From contig CP001848.1 in the NCBI GenBank assembly GCA_000025185.1, positions 6,000,001-6,032,000 of the forward strand: a DNA stretch of 32,000 nt, in the 5' to 3' direction. Numbering within the stretch: position 1 is the stretch's first letter; every line of letters starts with the position of its first letter. The DNA is from Pirellula staleyi DSM 6068 (GTDB lineage Bacteria; Planctomycetota; Planctomycetia; Pirellulales; Pirellulaceae). The position numbers and the translations under genes were made by a program. The notes beneath the pieces are model-generated. The model was not told where the DNA came from. It was given only the letters and a program-made list of their open reading frames with translations, and ran no database searches. Positions 15,298 through 22,976 of the stretch are shown here, in pieces.

Positions 15298-15729
15298 TTG
15301 TTTCTCGTGAACTGCTTCATTTCCCTCATCACGATCATCGCGGTCGTCGTGCACAATGTGCTCGGCTGTCACGGTCATTTCGTATGCGGAGCAGATCACT
15401 TAGCATCGCGCTGCAGCACGCATGTGCATCAGCATGCTGACGACCATCAGCATCACGATCACCTTCCCAGCGTTAACGAAACAGATACTCACGAAGAAAA
15501 TTCGCCAACGGGCGACGAGCATAGCGACCAACACGCGACCCACTCGCATCTGATTTTGTCGCTCATCAAGTCGCTGACTCCTTCCAGCAATCTCGTTGCC
15601 GTTCTTCCAACGCTCGCGAGCGAATCGATCGTCGCCGAGGTGATCACCGCATCGCAGCGGGCTGCGGTCTGGCATCCACCTCCCAGCGATTTGCCCCGCT
15701 ATCTCGCATTTCTTGCTCTTCGCAATTGA
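15298..15729 (+). CDS. His-rich small membrane-anchored protein (putative metal-binding), first gene of the RND island
   Basis: 143-aa ORF with a TTG start at 15298 or an in-frame GTG at 15307. An N-terminal TM helix is followed by CHGHFVC and HVHQHADDHQHHDH (7 His in 14 aa) and further His/Asp/Glu. It lies directly upstream of the adaptor and pump genes on the same strand. Confidence 0.5.
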   Translation: MFLVNCFISLITIIAVVVHNVLGCHGHFVCGADHLASRCSTHVHQHADDHQHHDHLPSVNETDTHEENSPTGDEHSDQHATHSHLILSLIKSLTPSSNLVAVLPTLASESIVAEVITASQRAAVWHPPPSDLPRYLAFLALRN

Positions 15730-15740
15730 ACGTTCGCGCT

Positions 15741-15786
15741 CGCGCGTGATCTGCCTTGCGCCGCTGCGTAAGGCAGATCACGCGCG
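15741..15786 (+). promoter_or_regulatory. Perfect 17-bp inverted repeat (hairpin or operator) between the His-rich gene and the adaptor gene
   Basis: CGCGCGTGATCTGCCTT (15741-15757) and AAGGCAGATCACGCGCG (15770-15786) are separated by a 12-nt spacer. ATGGTTTTGG follows. Confidence 0.7.
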
Positions 15787-15833
15787 ATGGTTTTGGCGAA
15801 CGCTTCAACTCTGTCGGCTTGCGAAGGTGCGTT

Positions 15834-17258
15834 ATGTCTTGGAAATGGTCTGTCGTGCTGCTTTTGCTGGTGCTCAGCATCGGAGCTTCTCTCGGTTGGT
15901 TAGGGGGCACAACGCGTGGGCAACAATTGCTGCAGTCGTGGCGCGCCGCAGCAAACTCGCCATCAGCTTCTGATGACCATGGCACCGATTCCACTGCTGA
16001 TGCAGCGGCGCACGGTCCTGAGATCAAGCGGCTGAAACTCACCGAGCAGGCACGCAAAAACCTGCAACTGCAGAATCTGCGACTCACGCTCGGAACGTTC
16101 TGGCAAACGGTTGAAATGCCGGGGCTGGTGATCGATCGGCCGGGAGTCAGCGATCGCGGAGTTGTCGCGCCGATCAGCGGAACTATTACTGAAATCCACG
16201 CCTTTCCTGGCGCTGATGTCGAGCCAGGAGCCAAGCTCTTTACGATTCGCCTCGTCAGCGAATCTTTGCATGCCGCGCAGCTCGAACTGTTCAAAGCGAC
16301 GAGCGAAATCGGTATCGCCGAGCGTGATCGAAAACGACTCGAGGGACTAGCGACTTCCGGCGCTCTTCCCCAGTCGCGCATCATCGAGATCGACAACCAA
16401 ATTGCTCGCATGCAAGTTGCTGCAGAGGCCTATCGGCAAGACCTTGCCTCGCGCGGCATTGCTGCCAGCGACATCGATGCAGCGGCACGAGGTCAGTTTC
16501 TGAGCGAAATCACCGTTCAAGCGCCGATGCTCGATAACGACATGCGTTTGGCCTCTACTTCGCCCGACCAATCCACCCACCTCACACACCAACTCGAAGT
16601 CGAATCTCTCGAGGTCGAACTGGGCCAACAGGTGAATGCTGGTGAAGTGCTCTGCCACCTGGCCAACCATCGTTATTTGATGGTCGAAGGGCGCGGCTTT
16701 AAGTCCGACTTGGCTGTCGTGCGAGAAGTTTCCGGTAAGCAAATGAATGTCACGATGGACATCAGCACCCCGGGTGGTGATGGTCCGATGACTTGGCCTG
16801 AGCCGCTTCAAATCTCGCGACTCGCCAGTGATCTTGACGCTGAATCCCGCACATTTGCCTTCTATCTTCCGCTCGAAAATCGTACATCCCTCCACGATTG
16901 GCATGAAGGCTCGAAGACCGACGTCGTCGTACGACCGGGGATGCGCGTGCGGCTTCGCTTGCCACTTTCGCCGATCGAGAATGTTCTCATCGTGCCACGC
17001 GAAGCAGTGGCGCGAAGCGGAGGTGAAGCGCTCATCTACCGACAAAATGGCGAGTGGTTCGACGAGCTTCCGGTGCAAATTGTCGCTGAAAACAGGCACC
17101 AAATCGCCATTGCTCCAACCGAGACGATTCGCCCTGGCTGGTTCATCGCTTCGAATCACGCGGCGTCGCTACTACGAATTCGCAAGTCACAAGCTTCTAG
17201 CGGCGAGTCGTCGGGTGTGCATGTGCATGCCGATGGCTCTGTGCATGGCGCTCACTAA
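15834..17258 (+). CDS. Efflux RND periplasmic adaptor (membrane fusion protein, HlyD/CusB-like) with a His-rich C-terminal tail
   Basis: I set the start at ATG 15834, which gives the signal anchor MSWKWSVVLLLLVLSIGASLGW. It has a lipoyl/barrel-sandwich-like motif (APISGTITEIHAFPGADVEPGAKLFTI), a coiled-coil region and a C-terminal GVHVHADGSVHGAH. The gene ends 17 nt upstream of the RND pump. Confidence 0.8.
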   Translation: MSWKWSVVLLLLVLSIGASLGWLGGTTRGQQLLQSWRAAANSPSASDDHGTDSTADAAAHGPEIKRLKLTEQARKNLQLQNLRLTLGTFWQTVEMPGLVIDRPGVSDRGVVAPISGTITEIHAFPGADVEPGAKLFTIRLVSESLHAAQLELFKATSEIGIAERDRKRLEGLATSGALPQSRIIEIDNQIARMQVAAEAYRQDLASRGIAASDIDAAARGQFLSEITVQAPMLDNDMRLASTSPDQSTHLTHQLEVESLEVELGQQVNAGEVLCHLANHRYLMVEGRGFKSDLAVVREVSGKQMNVTMDISTPGGDGPMTWPEPLQISRLASDLDAESRTFAFYLPLENRTSLHDWHEGSKTDVVVRPGMRVRLRLPLSPIENVLIVPREAVARSGGEALIYRQNGEWFDELPVQIVAENRHQIAIAPTETIRPGWFIASNHAASLLRIRKSQASSGESSGVHVHADGSVHGAH

Positions 17259-17275
17259 CGCTTAGGAACCAAGCC

Positions 17276-20200
17276 ATGCTCAGCCATTTGATTCGTCTAT
17301 CGCTACGCCATCGTCCGCTGGTAGTTGTCGCGTGCATTGTGCTGCTCCTATACGGCAGCTATCTCGCCACCACTTTGCCGATCGATGTCTTTCCCGATCT
17401 TGATCGCCCGCGCGTGGTGCTGCTTACCGAGTGCCCCGGACTGGCAACCGAAGAGGTTGAAAAACTTGTCACACAGCCACTCGAAGCATCGCTCCTGGGC
17501 GCTGCTGGCGTTCAGGATGTACGAAGCCAATCGACAGCCGGGCTGTGCGTCATTTTCGTCGAATTCGACTGGGAAATCGACGTGCGCCTCGCGCGGCAAA
17601 CCGTACAAGAACGGCTCTCCACCGTTGCATCGATGCTTCCTGAAGGTATTCAGCCGCAGCTTACTCCGACGGCGTCGATCATGGGCCAAATCGTGATTGC
17701 CGGACTCTCGCAGCAACGGGGCCCTCAAGGTGGCGATTTAGCGCCGGTGGAATTCACCACCTACTGGGCCGAGCGTGTTTTGCGAGGGACCGAGCCTCCC
17801 TCACTTACCATTTGGAATGTGGTCGATCGCAACGATCCTACGACCTGGAAAAAGCTGGTTTCCACCAACTTGCAATGGCAGGCCACCCCCGAGCGCTCGA
17901 GCGATCCTCAGCTCGTCAGTACTGCGTCTGATGCTGCGTCATCCGTTACTGCAACCGAAAGTTATGCCGCAGCAACCTTCGAGATCGCGGGGACACTTCA
18001 CCGCACCAGCTTTCCGACGCAGCTCGAAAATCTGATCGCCATGCGCGATCTGGCCGACTGGATCATCCGTCCCAGAATTCGCAAAATCCCCGGGATTGCC
18101 GAGGTTTTCATCCAAGGTGGAGAGCGCAAACAGTATCAAGTGCGGATTCATCCGCAAGCCCTTCAGGAGTACGGCGTCACGCTAGCCGAGGTGCAGCATG
18201 CGATCACTGAGAGCAACCTAAATACGAGCGGCGGCTTCTCGCGCGACGGCGAAATGGAACTTCCCATACGCATCGTCGGTCGACTTGGTCCCACCACTAG
18301 TGATATCCTCAAGCAGCTGCGCGAGATCCCGGTGAAACATACTCCCGCCCGACCGATTTTGCTCGAGCAAGTTGCTGAAGTCGGAATTGGTGCCACCTAC
18401 AAACGTGGCGATGGCGCGGTGAATGGCTCGCCTGGAGTCGTCTTTACTTTGGCCAAGCAGCCGCACGTCGACACGCGAAAAATCACCGAGCAGATCGAAA
18501 GCACGCTCGAGGATATCGAAGGCACTTTGCCCGCCAATCTTCAGCTACACAGCAAACTCTTTCAGCTGCGCAACTTCATCGATCGAGGGATCTTTAACGT
18601 CGGGGAAGCGCTGGTGATCGGTGCCTTCTTGGTGCTGATTGTGCTGATGCTCTTCCTGCTGAATGTTCGCACCACGTTCATCACTCTCACTGCGATTCCC
18701 CTATCGCTCGTCATTACGACCCTGGTGTTTCGAATTATCAGCGCCGTCACCGGTGCCCCCCTTTCGATCAACGTGATGACCCTTGGTGGACTTGCCGTGG
18801 CGATGGGGGAACTGGTCGACGATGCAATTGTCGACGTCGAGAATATTTTTCGTCGTTTGCACGAGAACAGCCGACTGGAAAAACCACTGCCGTCGATTTT
18901 GGTGGTCTATCGCGCAAGCCAGGAAGTTCGATCGGCCATTGTCTTTGGAACGGCCGTGGTCATTCTTGTTTTTCTGCCACTGTTTGCGCTTTCGGGGGTC
19001 GAAGGACGCCTCTTTGCGCCACTCGGCTTGGCCTACATCATTTCGATTCTTGCATCGCTGGTTGTTTCCCTCACCGTGACGCCGGTCTTGTCGTCGTACC
19101 TCCTGCCGCAAGCAACCACATCGCACCATGCTCAGGAGAGCAAGCTCCTGGTGCTCCTCAAAAAACTTGCCACCCCTCTGCTCCGACTGAGTCTGGCCCA
19201 AGCCCCCATGCTGCTCATCATCACCTGGATTGCGTTTGCGATTGCTGCGTGGCAACTGGCGGGACTTGGACGCAACTTTTTGCCTGCTTTCGACGAAGGA
19301 AGTGTGCAGATTAATGTCTCGCTCCCCGCTGGTTCATCACTCGATGCCTCGACCCTGCTGGCTTCGAGCGTCGACAACAAACTCCGCTCGTGGCAAAAAT
19401 CGCCCGACAATCCCGACGGCGAAATCCTGCACTTTGTACGTCGCACAGGGCGAGCTGAACTCGACGAACATGCCATGCCGGTGAGCGCGAGTGAATATAT
19501 CGTGACGATGAATCCCGAGAGTGCTCGGCATCGTGAAGAGGTGATTGAAGACTTGCTGCACGAACTGCGCGAGGATGCGCCGGGGGTCGATATCGAAATC
19601 GAACAGCCTCTTGCACATCTGATTAGTCACATGGTTTCCGGCGTTTATGCACAGATTGCCGTGAAGATCTACGGCGACGATCTTGACACACTGCTCGAGT
19701 CAGCAGCGCGCGTGAAACTTGTCCTCGGAGAGATCGAAGGGATCACGCCTCCGGTAGTGGAACCGATTCAGCAAGCCTCGGAACTTCATATCGAACTTCG
19801 TGGCAACGACCTAGCACACTATGGCGTCACGCGCGGCGAAATTGCCGAGCAACTCGAAACGGCCCTGCAAGGTCGTGTAGTTTCCCAAGTGCTCGAAGGA
19901 GAGCGCCGGTTTGATCTGCTTGTGAAACTCGAGAACACCAGCCACCGCGAGGCCGATCTGCAGCAACTCCTGATTGCACTTCCCGATAATCGCGGTGATG
20001 TGCAGCTGAGCGAACTTGCCAACGTGAATACCGATGTAGCAGGTCCGACCGCTCTCTTCCGCGAAAACGCACGCCGCCGAATCGTCATTCGCTGCAATAC
20101 TCAAGGTCGCGACCTGAGTTCGGCTGTCGCGGAAATACGAGAAAAACTCGGCAAAAACGTCACACTTCCCCCTGGATACTTCATCGAGTTCGGCGGCCAA

Positions 20201-20815
20201 TTCGAAAGCCAAGAGCGGGCCACGTTTCTCATCATGATGCTGGCTGGTGTCAGTGTGGTGGGGATGCTGGTGGTGCTGATGCTGCTCTATCCTTCGCTGC
20301 GTGTCGCCTTACAAATTCTCAATGCCTTGCCCACAGCTTTTATCGGCGGTGTGGCTGCGCTGGTGATCACCGATCAAACGTTGTCGGTGGCAAGCCTCGT
20401 GGGGTTCATCTCGCTGGGGGGTATTGCGGTTCGCAACGGTGTCCTCTTGGTCACGCACTACGTCCATCTCATGCGAGAAGAGCAGGAAGCCTTTAGCGCC
20501 GACATGATCATCCGCGGAAGTCTCGAGCGGCTAGCGCCGGTTCTGATGACCGCACTCACCGCTGGCATCGGTCTTGTGCCACTGGTGCTCGGTGGTAATG
20601 AACCGGGGCGTGAAATCCTCTACCCCGTGGCCACCGTGATTCTCGGGGGACTCGTCACGTCGACGCTGTGCGAGTTCCTCATCCATCCAGGACTCTTCTG
20701 GTGGTTCAGCGGAAAAGATGCTGCCCGACTCGCGCGTCATGAATTGGCCGACGATCCTCTCGCGATGGCCGACGAACCAACACCCACGTCTGTCCCAGCC
20801 TCACCAGCCCACTAG
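17276..20815 (+). CDS. Heavy-metal-efflux RND permease, CusA/CzcA family (enlarged, 1179 aa)
   Basis: The 12-TM RND architecture has two large periplasmic loops. The N-terminus is typical (LIRLSLRHRPLVVV...LPIDVFPDLDRPRVVL). The TM4 region GELVDDAIVDVENIFRRL resembles CusA (VDAAIVMIEN). It is about 130 aa longer than E. coli CusA. Confidence 0.9.
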   Translation: MLSHLIRLSLRHRPLVVVACIVLLLYGSYLATTLPIDVFPDLDRPRVVLLTECPGLATEEVEKLVTQPLEASLLGAAGVQDVRSQSTAGLCVIFVEFDWEIDVRLARQTVQERLSTVASMLPEGIQPQLTPTASIMGQIVIAGLSQQRGPQGGDLAPVEFTTYWAERVLRGTEPPSLTIWNVVDRNDPTTWKKLVSTNLQWQATPERSSDPQLVSTASDAASSVTATESYAAATFEIAGTLHRTSFPTQLENLIAMRDLADWIIRPRIRKIPGIAEVFIQGGERKQYQVRIHPQALQEYGVTLAEVQHAITESNLNTSGGFSRDGEMELPIRIVGRLGPTTSDILKQLREIPVKHTPARPILLEQVAEVGIGATYKRGDGAVNGSPGVVFTLAKQPHVDTRKITEQIESTLEDIEGTLPANLQLHSKLFQLRNFIDRGIFNVGEALVIGAFLVLIVLMLFLLNVRTTFITLTAIPLSLVITTLVFRIISAVTGAPLSINVMTLGGLAVAMGELVDDAIVDVENIFRRLHENSRLEKPLPSILVVYRASQEVRSAIVFGTAVVILVFLPLFALSGVEGRLFAPLGLAYIISILASLVVSLTVTPVLSSYLLPQATTSHHAQESKLLVLLKKLATPLLRLSLAQAPMLLIITWIAFAIAAWQLAGLGRNFLPAFDEGSVQINVSLPAGSSLDASTLLASSVDNKLRSWQKSPDNPDGEILHFVRRTGRAELDEHAMPVSASEYIVTMNPESARHREEVIEDLLHELREDAPGVDIEIEQPLAHLISHMVSGVYAQIAVKIYGDDLDTLLESAARVKLVLGEIEGITPPVVEPIQQASELHIELRGNDLAHYGVTRGEIAEQLETALQGRVVSQVLEGERRFDLLVKLENTSHREADLQQLLIALPDNRGDVQLSELANVNTDVAGPTALFRENARRRIVIRCNTQGRDLSSAVAEIREKLGKNVTLPPGYFIEFGGQFESQERATFLIMMLAGVSVVGMLVVLMLLYPSLRVALQILNALPTAFIGGVAALVITDQTLSVASLVGFISLGGIAVRNGVLLVTHYVHLMREEQEAFSADMIIRGSLERLAPVLMTALTAGIGLVPLVLGGNEPGREILYPVATVILGGLVTSTLCEFLIHPGLFWWFSGKDAARLARHELADDPLAMADEPTPTSVPASPAH

Positions 20816-20870
20816 ATTTTTCTCCCCACTTACCCCCGCAACAAAAAACTACTTTCACAAGGATTTTTGC

Positions 20871-21401
20871 ATGAAACGCTGCTTCACATGGTTTGCTCTG
20901 ATGCTAGGCACGATCGGTTTTGCTGGCTGTGGTCCAGCAAGTAGCGACAAGCCAGCTACTTCGGAAGCTGGCCACGAGGATCATGAACATGGAGACCAAG
21001 GTGGGGCTGACCATGGTCACGACCATAGCGCGCCAGGACCTCATGGCGGCATGATCATCGACTGGGGGGGTGGAAAGTTTCACGTCGAACTCGTGATCGA
21101 CGACGCGAAGAAGGAAGTGACGGTTTATGTCTTGGATGAGTCGATGAAAAAGTCGGTGCCGGTTGATGCAACAGAACTTCAGCTGAGTCTGAAAGAGCCG
21201 GTCATGGAACTGACGCTTGCAGCGGTGGCAACATCCGGCGAGACGAGCGGCACCTCCCAATTTTCTGCCCCCCTGCCGATGAGCGACAAGGAAATTCACT
21301 GGGAAGGAACGATCAGCGGAGTGGTAGACGGTGTCCCTTATGCGGGTGAATTCCACGACGAGCACGAGCACGACCATGATCACGACCACGAGAAGAAATA
21401 G
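20871..21401 (+). CDS. His-rich lipoprotein (putative periplasmic metal-binding protein or chaperone)
   Basis: I set the start at ATG 20871, which gives the lipobox signal MKRCFTWFALMLGTIGFAGC. The mature N-terminus GHEDHEHGDQGGADHGHDHSAPGPHGG has 7 His, and the C-terminus EFHDEHEHDHDHDHEKK has 6. The gene starts 55 nt downstream of the pump. Confidence 0.75.
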   Translation: MKRCFTWFALMLGTIGFAGCGPASSDKPATSEAGHEDHEHGDQGGADHGHDHSAPGPHGGMIIDWGGGKFHVELVIDDAKKEVTVYVLDESMKKSVPVDATELQLSLKEPVMELTLAAVATSGETSGTSQFSAPLPMSDKEIHWEGTISGVVDGVPYAGEFHDEHEHDHDHDHEKK

Positions 21402-21663
21402 CTGAACTGCGCTACTCTCGCGTTTTCTTTCAAACGTCATTGGCAGCTGCTCGATGCTTGCTAGCGATTTCCAAAGCTGGATTGCCGGCAACGCTAGCAG
21501 CGCGATTGAATCGCCACGATTGATTCAATCTCGCGCGAGCCAGCGACCGAAGATAGCGGAAGCGGATGGGTCGGTTCGCTTCCGATACTTGCACTTTTTA
21601 GCATCCATGCGTTGCGGTTAAGCCCGCATGCATCGCACTCGTTCGCTTGGGAAAGGATTCCGC

Positions 21664-22278
21664 ATGCGACTTACACTCGCGTCGCTGCTCGTTGGCCTAG
21701 TTGTCGCCGCGCCGCTGGTGGGATGTGCCAAGCCCACGGCTACTCCAGAGCAGCGTGCTGCTGCCAAGCAATTCATGCTGACCGATGAGCCCTCGGGGGC
21801 GGTGGGAATTCTCGACTACCGCGAGTCGATCACCCCGGTCGTCAGCAAAGAAGCTGACGGAGAGGCGACATCCCCCTCCACGTCGATCGATACCGATAAC
21901 GCGACAGCAGTTGCAACCACAGAGGTCGCCGTCGCTACCGAGCCGAAATCGGTCGTGCTGCTCGGCAAGATTGGTGGTGGGAAGCTCACTTGGTCGCGCG
22001 AGTCGGCTGAGTTTGTCATCAGCGATCCGGCTCTCGACCTCGAAGCGCACGCCGCTTGTGTCGACGATGGCTGCCCCTTCTGCAAAGACAAATCCAACGC
22101 CGAAGCAGGTCGCGCACTCGTGCGACTGCGCGAGGCGAGCGGCAATATCTTGAACGTTGATGCCCGCAAAGTCCTCCCGGTCGAGGAAGGGCAAATGGTG
22201 GTGGTCCGCGGCATGGCGAGTGTCAACTCGGTGGGGCAACTCGTTGTCGATGCCGATGGAATTTATATCCGTCGCTAA
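21664..22278 (+). CDS. Lipoprotein of unknown function with a CxxxxCPFC motif
   Basis: I set the start at ATG 21664, which gives the signal MRLTLASLLVGLVVAAPLVGC. It has a low-complexity linker, then HAACVDDGCPFCKD and a C-terminal beta-rich region ending GQLVVDADGIYIRR. Confidence 0.65.
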   Translation: MRLTLASLLVGLVVAAPLVGCAKPTATPEQRAAAKQFMLTDEPSGAVGILDYRESITPVVSKEADGEATSPSTSIDTDNATAVATTEVAVATEPKSVVLLGKIGGGKLTWSRESAEFVISDPALDLEAHAACVDDGCPFCKDKSNAEAGRALVRLREASGNILNVDARKVLPVEEGQMVVVRGMASVNSVGQLVVDADGIYIRR

Positions 22279-22370
22279 CCCACCCCACGAATCACTTTCA
22301 ACCATACCCCGTCCATCAAAATCAAACGGTCGAACCGACTCGCATCACGAGACTGGAAGGAACCTAACTC

Positions 22371-22721
22371 ATGTCGCTACTCTCACGTCGCTCGCTTCTC
22401 CTCGCAGCAGCCGCACTCACGATTGCCGGACTGGGCTCTAGCGTCGAAGCTCGCGCCGAGTCCCCTGCGATTACCTACACCACGATTCAGGTGAAGAGCA
22501 TGCACTGCGACGCGTGCGCCAAAAAAATCGCTCGCAAGCTCTACGCGATTCCTGGCGTGGTGGAAGTGCGGGCCGATGTGCCCAAAAACATTGCCTACGT
22601 TGTGCCACAGAAGGACAAAGTTCTTTCTCCAAAGCAGATGTGGGAAGCTGTGGAAGCAGCCGGCTTTCCCGTCGCTAGTCTGACCGGCCCGACCGGGACG
22701 TTCCAAACGAAGCCACGCTAA
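22371..22721 (+). CDS. Tat-exported heavy-metal-associated (HMA) domain protein (periplasmic CopZ/MerP-like metallochaperone)
   Basis: 116 aa. It has a twin-arginine signal MSLLSRRSLLLAAAALTIAGLGSSVEA and an HMA fold with the metal motif MHCDAC (MxCxxC). A GGAAGGA Shine-Dalgarno-like sequence lies 12 nt upstream. Confidence 0.8.
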   Translation: MSLLSRRSLLLAAAALTIAGLGSSVEARAESPAITYTTIQVKSMHCDACAKKIARKLYAIPGVVEVRADVPKNIAYVVPQKDKVLSPKQMWEAVEAAGFPVASLTGPTGTFQTKPR

Positions 22722-22833
22722 GTCACCTGGCGAGCGCTGATGCAGGCGCACTAACCGTCGTGCGTATGCTTGAGCAGGGCAGCCGGAACAACTTTTCCAA
22801 GCTGTATCGCAGGGCAACTTCCGGCAATAGCTT

Positions 22834-22883
22834 GATCGCGGCAGTAGCTCTCTTTTGCTACTCGCCGCGATCGTCGTTTCTTG
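22834..22883 (+). terminator. Strong hairpin with a T-rich tail, putative terminator of the HMA transcription unit
   Basis: GATCGCGGCAGTAGC (22834-22848) pairs with GCTACT-C-GCCGCGATC (22857-22872), giving 15 bp with one bulged C and loop TCTCTTTT. GTCGTTTCTTG follows. Confidence 0.45.
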
Positions 22884-22976
22884 GCATAATCGGAGAACTT
22901 GTCGCTTGAAGCATTCGCTTCGCTTGTTCAGAAGCAGACTACCTCCTCACCCAGGCGACAAGCGTGAGACCATGCC

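Noticed and set aside
15644-17159. Two long minus-strand ORFs (255 aa and 270 aa) opposite the adaptor gene, and the 26-codon upstream extension of the adaptor ORF (15756-15833)
   Set aside because: The minus-strand ORFs are antisense to the adaptor and have no motifs. The extension runs through the 17-bp hairpin and precedes an obvious signal-anchor ATG.
22941-22947. ACCTCCT (anti-Shine-Dalgarno-like; AGGAGGT on the minus strand) in the leader of the pyruvyl-transferase gene
   Set aside because: No start codon or ORF follows at a suitable distance on the minus strand. On the plus strand it is just part of a loop in the leader hairpin, so I judge it coincidental.
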